64,000 nucleotides of DNA from Strigamia acuminata (GCA_949358305.1 OX442314.1:23870001-23934000), one strand, 5' to 3'. Positions 8,912 to 22,600 are shown, counted from the first letter of the stretch. Notes: generated by a model not told the origin, from the letters alone. A program made the numbers and translations.

Positions 8912-11763
8912 CTAAAAAATACAAAAAATTATTTAAAAAATAAAAATACATAAATAAAATAATTTTTACCTCCATTTGCAATTAATAATTCTAATACTTC
9001 ATCCACTGCCTGACTTTTTACTGATTTCTGGCCGGATAAATGGCCCAGGTTATTCATCAATCGTTGCGCAAATTGCTCCTAAAATTTTAATTTTTTTTTT
9101 TTAGATAAAAAAAATTAAAATAAAAGATTATTATTAAATTTTTTAGAATAAACTAATACCTGTTTTACTTTATTGAGTTGTTTTGTGGCCTCGTTGTAAT
9201 CAGGCGGTGGTTCCCGCTTCGTTTGGGGGTCAATTATAGCATAATTTGGTATGCAATTTAGCCTAGAAGACCTAACATAAATTGAATTCACTCATTTAGT
9301 AACAGTAATAATAATAAAATAAATTTAAAAATTAAAATATTACTTATTGCTAAGAGCTATTTTTCGCTCCGTGATTTTCTGCTGCGGATGTCGTTTGCAG
9401 TTACGCACATTGCGCTGATTCAATAAGTTATGTTGGTCTCCAGTCACGTTGTTGACATTATTCGGGTTAAAAAACCCATTGTTTCCAGCAGGATTCAAAG
9501 CGACATTATCCTGGCCGAGTAAAAACGCTGCCAGATTGGCTTTGGCGTTAGTCATCGTAGCCCCGTTGTGATTGGCAGTTGATTGTTGCCGATCTAAAAA
9601 ATTAAATCGATTAATTTACAAAAAAAAATTATTTTATACAAAATTAAAAAAAAAAGAATTACTGTGAGGTTGCAATTGAGATTGCAACAACTTCTGTTGT
9701 ATGTGTTGCTGTAATCGCTGCTGAGTCCTCGGATCAGCCACGGTAGTTTGCACAACCCCATTCACGCTAGAATTCGAAGAGTTGGGCTTTGTTTGTACTG
9801 GAGAGAATTGAACGTGTTGATTTTGTTGCAATTGGTCTTGATGCGGCTCTTGTTGTAAAGACAACGATATGCTTGAAGCTGGTTGAATTTGTGCCGGTGA
9901 CCTGTTCGGCACCACTTGAAAATAATTAAATTGCGCGTTCTGCTCAGGCACTTGCCACGTTTCGCATTCCCTAAAACCAAACAAATTTTAAATTAAAAAA
10001 AAATTAATTTAGAAAAAAATAAAAATATACTTTTGTATTTCTCTCTGCAATTCGTCAATTTTCTTCTTGAAAATATCCTTCGTGCTCTCATTCGCCATTA
10101 CGTCGCTCACGTCCATGGCATCAAAACCCGGATTGCAGTTCACATCGACGTCCATGGGAGCCACCGACGGGGGGCGAGTGTTGGACGTGGATTGTGAACC
10201 CGAAATCACCGATCGAGTTAACGGGGTTCCGTCCTGACTGCTGTCAGGAGACATGCACGCTGAGAACGTGTTGTTATTCACTTCTTTCTTCGGAGAAAGA
10301 GGCAAATCGAGATTCATGTCGGCATCCGGGAGGCTGTTTGGTGATCCCGAGTCGAGGGAATTCAACAGCATCGCGTTTGATTCGCTCGAATTATTAGCCA
10401 CGTTCGAGTTGCTCAGAAGAAGACCGATGTCGGTGTATGGTTTCAACCTTTGAATCAGCTGAGGCTTCGAACCTGATACGGGCAAATTGCGTTTCTTTAA
10501 TTCCGCTTTTAAGTCGCTTACTGCAATAAATAAAATAAAATAAAATAAAATAAAATAAAATAAAATAAAATAAAATAAAATAAAATAAAATAAAATAAAA
10601 TAAAATAAAATAAAATAAAATAAAATAAAATAAAATAAAATAAAATAAAATAAAATAAAATAAAATAAAATAAAATAAAATAAAATAAAATAAAATAAAA
10701 TAAAATAAAATAAAATAAAATAAATAGTTAAATACACATTTTTATTTTTTATTTATTTTTTATTTTTATCACCTTTCATTTCCTCCAATTTCGACAAACA
10801 TCGGTTCGCAGTGAAATCCTGGAGTGGGGAACTGTTATTCGACAACGTGCTCGAAGTGTTAGTTCCACCGTTCATTACTGGGGCGACCAAACCTGGAAGC
10901 GATGTCGGAGGTTTCAAATTATCCCCACTTTTCTGTTAACAAAAAATCAATTTAAATTAATTATTTATTTTTTTCCTCGAAAACAAAATATACATACATG
11001 TGCAGGCAAAATAATTTGAGGATATTTGTGTTGCCATTCGAGCTGCCATTGCAGAAACAACTGTTGTTGCTGCAAAAGCAAATCGTACGATGACTCCACT
11101 GAAGAAGCCAATGCCGCATTACTTTTCTGCGCATTCGGTGGACCCTTAAAATAAATAAAAAAAAATAATTAAGTAATTAATTGTCACTAAATAAAATAAA
11201 GCATTAAATAACCAACCTTATACTCGTGGAACTTGATTGTCCTCGCTTTGGGTTGCGATTTCGATTTCGATTTTTTCCTGTTTCGATTCTGCTCCTTGCT
11301 CGATTCCGATTTGGAAGAGGAGGAGGAGCGCGTGGGTGGCGAGGAAACCCTACTGGGGATAGACACGGGAGTAGACACGGCGTTCGACGAAAAAGTGAAG
11401 TTGCACGGCGAAGAAATGGAACTGGGTGGAGACGTGGACGAGCCCACGGATCCGGACGGCAGCGGAGCAAAGCCCGGACTGGTAACTCGGATCACGGAGT
11501 CCCCAACTGACGGCACGCTGCCCACCTGCGACTGGTCGGAGTCTTGAATAGGGGACTGCGTACCTTCGGAGCTGCTGTCCTCTTCGAAAATAAACATGGG
11601 AGGTGGATGTTTACGCGTTTCGCCTTCGCTCGTTTTCTTGAAACAAATCTGACCCTCTGAAAACAAAATTAAATAAATAAAATCAATTCAAAATGTCTCA
11701 ACAGCTGAGACAGATTTTTCACGAGATGGGGACAAGAAAAATTGCTCTCCCAACCAATTAACC

Positions 11764-11794
<31 letters not shown>

Positions 11795-14700
11795 TAATTT
11801 TTTTTAAAAAATTAAAAAATTGTGTGTGTACCTTTTACAGCTTGAGCAAACTCGTCATCAGTCTTGAGAATATTTCCCTTAATTAGCTCCAGAGGACCTG
11901 GTCGATGCGACAGGCGATCATTCAAGTCGTCTGCTAGACGTGCTTTTTTCAATTGTCGTTGCCGGTCCTGCAAAGACGGAGCGACTTTGGAATCTAGACA
12001 CACATAAAAAAAGTGCATAAAATTATTATAAATAATAATAAAAATAAGAAAATTATTTAATTTCGTTTAATTACCCTCTAAGATGTGTTGTTGAATCAAC
12101 TCTTGTCGGTCGGGACGTCTTTGAATTTTGCTCTTGAGCAAATCTCCCATTTTTGCTCTTTCCAATTTCTGCCTCTGTTCATGGAACGCTGGAGGAGTTT
12201 TCAAAGCTAAAAAACAACAAGAAAAAAAAAATTTGAAAAAAAAAAATTAACTTAAACAAAACATTTATTCTTTTTTTTTCCTAAAAAGAAAGGTATAAGA
12301 AAAAAAAAATGGTGATCGGTTCCACGATATCTGTGATATGTTGCCCAGAAATATTTATTCTGGTCTCTTGCTCGCCTGGGGAGTCGTCATTCATCAATGC
12401 TATTTCTGTAACATTACTTCTAACCCTTGCTGTCACACAAAAAAATATACAAAACATTATCACTATCCTCCTTTCTCCAATTTCCTGCTTTTATACACAA
12501 TTTTTTTTATTTTTCTAAATTTTTTTATTTTACATTTGTATTTTGTGTGACGCCATTTTAAATGAAATGCAAAAGCGCCAACTGTGGCCTTACGCCATTA
12601 AATTTCGTTTAATTAAAGTAACAAGCAGCCGTGAGTTGGAACTTTAATTAATCTCATAAAAAGGATACTCAACTCAATTTAAAAAAAAAAAAAAGAAAAA
12701 AAATTTTTAATATTTTAATTTTTATGTATATTTTTTTGCCTTTAAAACAGGAGTTTGTCTATTTCTAGACCCTTTGCCCCATTAAATACTCTCAGACTTG
12801 GAAGTGGCTAGTAAATTCTTTTTTAACTCATTGGGAAATCACCAACTTCTCTAAGGGCTCGAGTAAGGGCACATAAAGAAACAGAAATACATATTTTTTA
12901 AATTTAAATTTTCTCGAAAATTTGACTTAAAAATCAAATTTTTTTGATTTCTCTGACCGTAAAGTTAATCAAGATCTTTATTTTCACGAAATCTCAACAT
13001 TTGGCACTGGATTTCATTTTCTCAAAGTAGAAAAACTCGATGCATCAACAAGTTTTAAGTCCTGACTCAAACCAGAAATAGAAACTTCGAAATAAATAAA
13101 TAAAAAAAAAATAAAAAAACACACAAAAAAAAAAAAAAAAAAAACACTAAGATAAATTTGAAGAGTAGTTGGCTTGCATAATTGAAAAGACACGATGACA
13201 AGTTTACAGCAAAGACGGAGAAAACTGTTACTTTTTTTTGCTCAACTTCAACCATAAGTTTCAAATTCTACTTTCAACCATTTTATGATCCCCAACACGA
13301 AGGATTTATAATTTTTCCCTCGAAAAGACGACACAAATTTATTACCTGGTCTTAACAAAGTGACTCATACCCCCAAAAACACAACAAAAAAAATTAAATT
13401 AAACCTCTAAAAAAAAAAAAAAAAAATTAAAAATATAAACTCCACGTGACTAAAATATTAATGAATAAAATAAATAAAAATCAAAAGTGTAACGCCAGCC
13501 TGAAAACTATTTATTACCCGTTATTTACACCTTTAGACGACTGTCTATCCCACAATTACACAAAATAAACCATCAAATTATAAATTAAACGTATAATTTC
13601 CCCACCATTCGACCTACATAAATTTATTTATGGGTGACGTCATTTAATTTTTTGAAAAAACGGCGCGTGCACATAAAACTAGACCCAAATTTAAGAATAA
13701 TGAGAGGTCAAACGAGTAGAATATTTATTAAAAAATAAAAGTGCCAACAAACTAAGTGCTGATGGAAAAAGTTCATCGTAAATTCAAATTCCGCTCACGG
13801 CACCCTTAAAGAGTTCGTGGAACCATGATCGGAAACTGACCCGACATTTCTGCTCTTATTTAATTTAAAGGAAATCGTGCGCAATATATTTTTTTCTAAT
13901 TTATCATTTCTGCATTTAAAAAAGAACGTATTTCAAATGAAATAAATCGATTCGAAGTGTCACTTGTAACGGGCAATAAATTTAAATCGCGCAAATTTAA
14001 CATTTCCGTTCGTTTTGTGTCGTATTGCAGTTAGCATATTAGCAAAGAGCCACGCTTTTCTTGCCAAGTAGGTCTGGGAGTTCCCTAACCTTGGCAGGAA
14101 GACATCCAAGGTTTTCTTGAATAAAACAACTCCAGATAAAGAACACTTTGCAAAGCCAAATTCTTCCTGTGCACCAAGCAACTCGAGTGAAAAAGAAAGA
14201 AAGAAAGAAAGAAAACAAGGTTTTATATTTATATTTTCAACCCGGAATAAGAAAACCCAACTTCTGCATCATGCAAACTAAAAGAATATATATAAAAATA
14301 ATTTTACTTTGGAAAAAATAATTCATTTTCTACTGCCCAACTAAATCGCTACTTCCGGTTATCAGCGAGAGTTGCTTTGTGTCTCAATTTTATAATTGTT
14401 ACATTGCAAAAGAATGTAGAGTATTCGCATTGTGAAATACGTTACTAAATCATAATGCAAGTGCATTCCTAGAGAAATTGTGACCCCAACTTCCTTATTG
14501 CTTAAGAGAAAGAGAAACAAGTGAATGAATTGAGGTTTGAGGGTACCGGGTTACTACGATTTACCTGTCACTACATGCCATAATACAAACATCAGTTATT
14601 GGGTACTTTCAAAGTTTTTGGTTTTTTTTTTCAGTTTCTATAGACAAAATGGACACCAAAACAGCCATAAACCGTCATCAAAAGCCGCCGAGTCGCTTTT

Positions 14701-17700
14701 GAAGCCGTTTATGCAACCTGGTATGGCTCTGAACAAAACGCAGGGTACACCCAAAATGGGGTACCCAATTTGGGTACCCAAAATTTCCTGAAATGATTAA
14801 TCAAATTTTTTACAAATTTTCAGAAATCAATTTAATTTTTATTATGCCCACTGTGATTGAAACAGACTAAATCTGTTGTGGCACTCACTTCCGGAACTGC
14901 CAGCCCTTGTCCCATATAGACGATCATAACATTTTCATGTATTGAGATCGTGGGATAACCAACGGTCACTTTACTTTTCAATAATCGGCCCTTGGTGGAG
15001 CTACGAGACCCGGAAGTGGTCAACAGACTAACGGGACATAAAATTATCCAAATTAAACACAAAATTATCCAAATTAAACACAAAATTATCCAAATTAAAC
15101 ACAAAATTATCCAAATTAAACACAAAATTATCCAAATTAAACTAAAAATTATCAAAATAAAACTAAAAATTATCAAAATAAAACTAAAAATTATCAAAAT
15201 TAAACATAAAATTATCAAAACATTTTTAAAAAATCATCAAAATCATTTAAAAAAGAAAGAAAAACTTTACCATTACCTGTTATGATCCAAACATGTTAAT
15301 ATTTTTATCTGGTTGATTGAGTAACTCCTCCTGGTTTTGTAAAACCAAAAAGGAGGAATGATTTATCTTAAAAAAACGAATCAGTTATATTTGTGGAAGA
15401 AATAATTCACAATCAATGTTATCATTTTTATACATAACTTAAATAATGTCAAAATATAACAAATCTTAAAGAAAAGTGCATTTTTTTTTTTTTAAATAGA
15501 TAAATTTCGTTGCACTTGGGTACCCAAATTGGGTACCCCATTTTGGGTGTACCCTGCGTTTTGTTCAGAGCCACCTGGTATTGGTTTTTACAAGCAATTT
15601 CAAAATGGCTGCCACTCAAGTTAGGTTAGGATCGAACTTCCAATTGTTCTAATGTTTTCAGATGAAGCATCCACCGCCAAAAAACGTGAGTAAAAGCAGA
15701 ATTGTGTCGAAAGAAGTGGGCCATCATTCGTTTAAGTGTGAAAATGAAGGAATTTTAATTGTCATTTACTCGTAAAACCCAAAAACTAAACGATAAACAG
15801 ACACAAAAGCGATATAACCTCTCGTGCATCCACAGTCTGACATATTTTTTATCGTCTATTTTTACCGTTTATAAAACACACCACATGGACTAACTTTGTA
15901 GGTTTCTAATTGGTTCCCTGTATAAAACGTTTTCATGCATCAATACAACAAGTATAAACACATCATTAGTTGCGGCAATTTCATTATCTCATAAATGTAT
16001 TGAACGATTATAAAATTGCCACTTCACTTCATAGTTCCACGTAGCTACTTCAACTACTTCCTTATGGGAATGTGCTGCTTACATATATACCGAAGCCATG
16101 TTAACAAATCCGTCAGTAAAAACTAGAATTCTAATCTTTTCTTTCCATCGTTATTTTTTTCCGTCCAAAATGCAATGAATTTCAATAGGCTAATAAAAAT
16201 TTTTTTGTCTCCGGACCCCCTGTCGGGCCCCACCCATACCAACATCCTAGAGCAGTACTCAGCATGCTTAACCGCAACAATCCGAGCGAGCACACGAATG
16301 AGAAATATTGTAAATAGTCACTTTTTGGAGTTTTTAATTTTTTTCTCTTTAACTATTCATTTTTTTTCAAAAAACTTTTAACAAAATGATAGCTCTAACA
16401 ATCCTTTAAATCTTCCTAAAACCATTTTTACTTGTGAGAAATAGTTTCTGAGAAATTTCAAATATTAAAAGTTCCAAAAAATAGAGCATGCCATTTTTTT
16501 TGGCAAGGAATTGTACTCTGTAACAGCGCTTCGACTTCGTGTAATCGATTCAAACATACCGTATTACCCCGCCTATTGCCGCATGCCGGTGTAGTGCGAG
16601 TATTACCGGCATGCCGATAAACCCCGTTTTTAACGGCATGCCGGTGTAAATGAATACGAATTTTTTTTTCACCGTATCGGTAACATCCATTATACGCCCA
16701 TTATACGTCGTTCATTTTAAGCAATTTTCGTTTATTTTAAGCAATTTTCGTTCATTTTAAGCAATTTTCACCCAATTTTCGTCCATTTTAAGCAATTTTC
16801 ACCCAATTTTCGTTCATTTTAAGCAATTTTCACCCAATTTTCGTTCATTTTAAGAAATTTTCGTTCATTTTAAGCAATTTTTGTTCATTTTAAGCAATTT
16901 TCACTTATACCGGCATGTTTCGGTCTATACCGGCATGCCGGTATAGACTTTTTACGAACGATTTCAAAACAGTCATAAACCCATGCCCAACGGCATGCCG
17001 CAATAGGCGGGGTAATACGGTAACTATAATAGATCATTCACACTTGTAGAAATTAGACTTTCTAAAAGTCACAACTTCTACATAAGTGGTTCAAGTGTGA
17101 ACTAGGCATAATTTAATTGTGTTACTAAACGTTTCCCAACAACTAGAACTACTCGTGTGTGAAACATCGCATCGCATTCGTTCAACATTCGGTCCATCAT
17201 TCACACAAATCATTCTCGATATTCTACTTGTTCTATCATTGCAACTTACATGGAAGTATGCCCTGGTCCACCAATTGAGCGATTGGCCTTCTTAGCATCA
17301 ATTTCACTTTAAGAGCTATAAAAAAAATTACATTTTACTACTTTAAAAAAAAAATCATTCAATTAAATTAAATAGTTTTTTTTTTTTTTTTTTTTTAATG
17401 TGACCACATACGCCACATTAAAAAATTGCAATTTCCTTCCTTCGTAGTGTCCCAATTAAAGCACAAGATTTATTCTAAGCAAAAATAGATGAAAATAAAG
17501 TAAAAAAAAAAAATTTACACTCTTTATTTTTGTCCATGGTCTTTTGAATTGGCGTTTCATCCACCTCGCACTTGGGTGGAGAAAGTGGTTGGCCGCCCTG
17601 GCCGGAAGTGGCACGATTATTGCTACTGGATGTAGTTGTGTTCGTTGTGCTAGTCGTCGAGCTGCCTTCGGCCATATTGTTCAAATTGTAATCTTTGAAC

Positions 17701-17785
17701 CAGTCGGGGTAAATGGCTATTATGGTATCCAAAAGATCCTGGTCCAATTGAATGCCCCAATAAACCGTCTGGTTCTGTCCGCTTT
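8298..17785 (-). CDS. Mrtf: Myocardin-related transcription factor (MRTF/MKL), 13 core coding exons
   Basis: Phase-consistent GT-AG exons: 17519-17785, 17250-17315, 12075-12206, 11832-11993, 11217-11656, 10998-11144, 10773-10932, 10031-10520, 9663-9970, 9344-9593, 9160-9271, 8970-9078, 8298-8911. Three RPEL motifs (RRPIAQLVDQGIL, RRPDRQELIQQHIL, HRPGPLELIKGNIL), basic box KFHEYKGPP, Q-box LLLQQQQLFLQWQ, SAP domain LEEMKVSDLKAELKKRNLPVSGSKPQLIQRL, PPPDYNEA, acidic C-terminus. In-frame ATG at 17675 (MAEGSS) gives 1048 aa. Confidence 0.95.
10031..10520 (-). CDS. Mrtf: MRTF exon with most of the SAP domain and a coiled-coil
   Basis: VSDLKAELKKRNLPVSGSKPQLIQRL...KKKIDELQREIQK; splice phases fit both neighbours. 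Confidence 0.92.
10527..10725. repeat. (AAAAT)n microsatellite, ~40 copies, in an MRTF intron
   Basis: Read directly. Confidence 0.97.
11217..11656 (-). CDS. Mrtf: MRTF exon with the basic (B1) SRF-binding region
   Basis: KKSKSKSQPKARTIKFHEYK|GPP; GT-AG boundaries. Confidence 0.92.
11832..12206 (-). CDS. Mrtf: MRTF RPEL2 and RPEL3 exons (12075-12206, 11832-11993)
   Basis: LKTPPAFHEQRQKLERAKMGDLLKSKIQRRPDRQEL; LADDLNDRLSHRPGPLELIKGNIL. Confidence 0.93.
14725..15572. mobile_element. Mutator/MULE-type MITE
   Basis: Perfect 57-bp TIRs (ggctctgaacaaaacgcagggtacaccc...) at 14725-14781 and 15516-15572; exact 9-bp TSD acctggtat; internal 21-bp repeat 15040-15221. Confidence 0.9.
16559..17020. mobile_element. 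Tc1/mariner-superfamily MITE (Tc2-like CCGTA termini)
   Basis: TA|ccgtattaccccgcctattgc ... gcaataggcggggtaatacgg|TA; internal 20/31-bp tandem repeat 16710-16902. Confidence 0.85.
17250..17785 (-). CDS. Mrtf: MRTF N-terminal exons (17519-17785, and RPEL1 exon 17250-17315)
   Basis: LSPPKCEVDETPIQKTMDKNKE|SLKVKLMLRRPIAQLVDQGILP|S; gtaagt donor after the RPEL1 exon. Confidence 0.9.
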
Positions 17786-19136
17786 CTAGAAAATCGAACA
17801 AAAGAAAAAAAGAAAAGAAATTTTAATTTTTTGACGCAACGCAACCTGCAATCACCTCAATTTCACCGACTCGAGCACTAAATCCTATCATTTCTTGTCG
17901 TTAAACACCGATTAAATTGCAAATGAGTCCATTTTACTCTCTTTTTTCGATAAATCATGCATTTAGCCTATATTTCATCGATGAAAAATTTCTCGCATGA
18001 TGTTTAGGACGCGACAATTAACACCGCAACGACCTCTCACGGCTTTTGCGGACAAATGTCAGCAGTTTTATTCGCTCGCAAGTGCGTATCGTGCTTTCGG
18101 GTTACATAAAATAATATATAAACCATGCAGAACACGATTTTTAATTTGTTCTGCTTGGTTTATATATTATATACGTGAAGTTGCATCTTGCAAAACCAAG
18201 TCACGTTTCTTTCAACTTTTAAATTTTTATATCTTCATCTTAATATCAATTTTTTTTTTTATTTTTTATTTAATTCTTCTTTTTTAATTTTTTTAAATAT
18301 AATTGCCACTTCAAACCACAAACACAGCTCCATATTTTACGACCCCATTAAAAAAGGCACGTGAAAACTTTATTAAAGGAAAATATATGTTGATCTTCAC
18401 GAAGTTTTAATTTAAGCTGTAAAAACCTCAACTTCCGTTTTACTTTGCCACACACTGATTAAGATCTCTATCGGCAGATCTCGAGCGATAACCTAAATTC
18501 AAAAAAACAGTCATCACTTGAAATCCAGTTTTACCGCTGCATTGTCACTCACAACAAAATTAAATTTATTTTAAAATTAAAATTAAAATTAAAATTAATA
18601 AAAAAAATAAAAAATAAAAAATCTCAATTTATTTCCAGGTCATTCTCTAACCCCTTATTGGCCATAATATATAAACACTCAATTATATTTGTGCATACGA
18701 AACCATAGAGTTCGTTGGCAAAACGATGCATTGTATTCAACGGGAAATATTCACTTATAATTAACCCGAGCCATAAATTTACATCACATCTGTCATTGAA
18801 AGTAGGCTAAAGGAGCGGTCACAGCTGCAGGCGCCCCCCAATTGAAGGGGGAAAAAGAAAGAAAGAAATGAAAATAAGAGAAGTCAAACATCACTTCAAT
18901 CAGCTGACTCAACCAAATCATATTCCACCTCTCCACCTAAATAACATCAGCAATTTCAAACTTCTTCCCAACTTGTTATCCACCAATTACCTCTCTTCTC
19001 AGCTCTCCACAACCACAATGTCGCACTCACTGACCACGTGGACACCATTTTATGCCTCTACCTGCAAAAACTGTCCCGCTATTTACATTTTCTCCCGCAT
19101 TCTACTGCGGTTTCGAAAATAACAACGTTTGAACAC

Positions 19137-19327
19137 TAAACTCTATTCCAAAAAGTATTTGAAATACTCTCATTGGAGATTTTGTCTCTAGTTCAGTTGT
19201 GTATTGAATATGATGCTGTTTTCAGATTCCATTAGACTTGTGCTGTTTTGTCGCAATGCATTTATACTGGTGTTATGAATCTCCCAACCAATGGGAGTAT
19301 TTCAAATACTTTTTGGAATAGAGTTTA
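19137..19327. mobile_element. Small palindromic MITE
   Basis: taaactctattccaaaaagtatttgaaatactc / gagtatttcaaatactttttggaatagagttta inverted repeats. Confidence 0.7.
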
Positions 19328-19374
19328 AAAACAACACACACAAACTTCAATTTTTCTCCATAGTTGTTCGACGT

Positions 19375-19600
19375 ACATCCTGTGCATTCTGCGTTATTTA
19401 GCAGTGTTAAGCCTAATATTAAGCCTAATAATGCTAAAATTAAGTAAATAAACAACTGTAAACTTATTAACAAAAGTAATTCACAACATGTTGCCGAAGT
19501 ATTGATACTTTGTTTCCTTTGGCAATCGCTATGTTAAATGCATGTGCAGAATGAGATGCGCAGTTTTAATTTGGGATCAAGACACCAGGGGCAAACTGTA
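19375..19600. mobile_element. Degenerate copy of the MITE family also seen at 37762-38045 and 22554-22736
   Basis: Shares gttatttagcag...aagcctaat...gcctaataatgctaaaat and gcagaatg.gatgcgcagt...atcaagac/tac with the 37.8 kb copy. Confidence 0.6.
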
Positions 19601-22600
19601 GGTCCTAAGCCTAAACCTAAAACCTAAAACTAACCCGACCGCTAGGTTAAATCAAGTGCTTTTTTTCTTTCTTTCTTTCTTTCACCTGGTCACCCTACTA
19701 ACGTCTATCTCCATCACTCGACAACACATGTAAACACGCATTTCTCTGTAATTTCAAGTGGCAGATTCCACTTCCGTACAATTTCCTGACATGTAGACGT
19801 CCATTAGAGAGTCTTTTAAGTGACTAAAAGCTCAAACCTGATTCCACAAGAACCCCAAACTACTTTAAAGCTTCAAACTAAACTAGAGCTCTTTAATCGT
19901 TGACACTTAACCTTAATGCATATGCATGGCCTTTATGAATGAAGGAAAAGAAGGCTTAAGGCTTTCTAATATAATTATAATTATTCAATGTTGGTACAGA
20001 CATTCTCAAAGATTTCCATGTATCATATCGCGACCTTAGTCACCTTTATGGTTAAATGGTATTTAAACTTCATCCCCCCCTCTATATGTTCTCCATTCTC
20101 TGACATTCTGGTTTCATAAATTATTCATATTTGTTGAATAAACCTTTATCCATGCATCTCCACTGAATGACATCATTCAAAATTCATCAAAAATTCATAA
20201 ATTCGTTAAAAATTCAAAAATTCATTAAAAGTTCAAAAACAATATCAATTTTCAATTCAATGTCAAATTTCCTATTAAAAATTCAATTAAAACGACGAAA
20301 AAGTCATTAAAAATCCAAAAAATGTCAATTTCCAACTAAATGTCAAATACCAAATTGAATTCCCCATTAAAAATTCAACGAAGACGTCGAAAATCGTTCC
20401 GAATCCACAGATAAATAAAAAAAAATAGTTTATTAAACTCGACGTGAGAAAAAAATGAAATAAACAAGTCGAAAACCACTTATTGCAGACCACCATTGGT
20501 CAAAAACCAGTCTCATTGAAAAATCCCCCAGCTCGAGAGAGAAAAAAATATCGAGGCAAACCCTTATTTGCATGAATCGTCCCTGGAATTTGTGACGTCG
20601 CGTGACGTCAAAATGACGACTCCTCAACAGCTGCACACAACCTGTGAAGGAATCCCCAATTTTACGCCGAACTGGGGGTTCCCTGAACCCCGAGACCCGT
20701 CTCACAATGTTGCCCGTCTTAAAATACGTCGATTAACTTCGGTTTTGTACGCGACACGGGTCGTCTACTGGGCGTTTTTCACGAAAACACGAAGAATTTC
20801 CAACGTCCTTCAGACAAGGGTGGGGAAAGAGACGCGTCAACGAATAAAACATTAACGACTCGGGGGCCCTGTACAACCTTCCCACTCGTTTAATTCGAAA
20901 TATTGGGCCTCGTCGTTGTTATTTGACAACATTCCTGCGACACATTTGAGGATTTTTGAATATTTTGAGTAAACAAGGTCATGGGTCGAGTAGGAAATGT
21001 GACAAGAGCGTTGAAGGATGCTACGGATGTGAAGTACCCACCAAAAGCATAATAATATAAATCTGGAAGCTTTTAAAGGTCATCAAATTGATTGTTTTGT
21101 GTAGTTAACAACTAAAATATAGAAATTTGATGTTTGATTTCGAGTAATGATTTTTTTTATTATAAATTTTATTATAAAATAATGTTAAAACTGTTTTAAA
21201 AAAATATTAATCTATTTACACAATTTTTATAATTTTTTTGTAGTTTTAAATATTATTTTACAATTATTTTAGTATTTTCTAAAATTTTTTTTTACCATAA
21301 TTTCGACTTATTTTTGTTATTCCAAGCGTTTGAAATTTTTGTTGCCACTAATTCACATTTAATTGTTGTTTTCCAACGTCTATTCGTGGTATTTCTCATT
21401 ATTTCGATGCTTTCCCACGTCATTTCAATTTTTCTCCACGTCAATTGTCATCCATTCAACCTGCCATTATTCTTTCATCACTTAAAAAAACATCTGTAAT
21501 TATAAATAGGATATTCCCTATTGTTTTTAATTTCTATTCCAACCCATTTTTTCTATCTAAAACCTCATCCCACCGTTACACAACGATTTAATGATGATTA
21601 ATCGATACTAAACGAGCAAAATATAAATAACGTAATTCCAACTTTTTACCTCCGCCAATAAATTAAAATTAGAAATTAAAAGTGTGGGAAATGCGTGACT
21701 TTTCAATTCTAATTTAGATGCAGCTGCCCCCCCTCAGGATTACAAATTTCAATAGAAAAACGTGAAAAACACAAACAAGGCCGCAACTAAACCAAGGTTG
21801 TGTATAAACTACTCGATTAATTTCCTAAAAATGTATCATTTTTCCTTCTCCAAACTCCCCAAACAAAATCTCCGACCAAAACCAAAGTGTCCACCAACAA
21901 CAAACCCGCGTCCAATTGAAATTCCCACAAATAAAAAGCAAACTTACGCGTGGAGTAGCATTGGGATGATAATCAGTGAATCAGGAAGACGATTTGAGTG
22001 TATTCAAGACACCTGTGGAACCGAGTGAACACATGGATTTGCATCGAAGCATTGGGTTGGGTGCCTTCAACCACCCACTGGTGGCGCGTGACTTTTTTGC
22101 TCCGGTCTGCGAGCGAAACAAGGCCCTAAGGCCAGCAAAAGTAAAGGAGGGATTTGTTCTGCTGTAAGAACTTGTATAATATCGGCTAGTTCAAAATCTG
22201 ACCTTGTCAAATCCTCTGAATACGTGAGTTGATTTCAACCACATTGAACAAAAAATTGTGATGTGCAAAAAAAAATTGCAATAAAGAAATTAAAGAATAG
22301 AAACACAAGCTGTTAGATGTGTAGCAATTAAAGTGTTGCACTTTCTACTCACGTTTTTTTTTTACTTTTTAAATTATATGGTTATTTTTTAGGATCAAGA
22401 TGATTCATAATTTAACAGTTTGATGTGGTGTTTGTGGTAGTGTTCATATAAATAGGCCTTAAAAACTTTTGCTCTTGGCATTCTTGTATTATTAAGTATG
22501 AGTATTGTAAAGCATTTTAAGTTTGTGGTGGTTTCTCCTACAGGCCTGTTGCAGATATCTTGATGCCAATTCTAACACTAAATTCAATTTTTTTTGCACA

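Noticed and set aside
10521..10737. Hydrophobic (FILFY)n N-terminus on the SAP-containing ORF
   Set aside because: It is the intronic (TTTTA)n microsatellite; the real exon starts at 10520.
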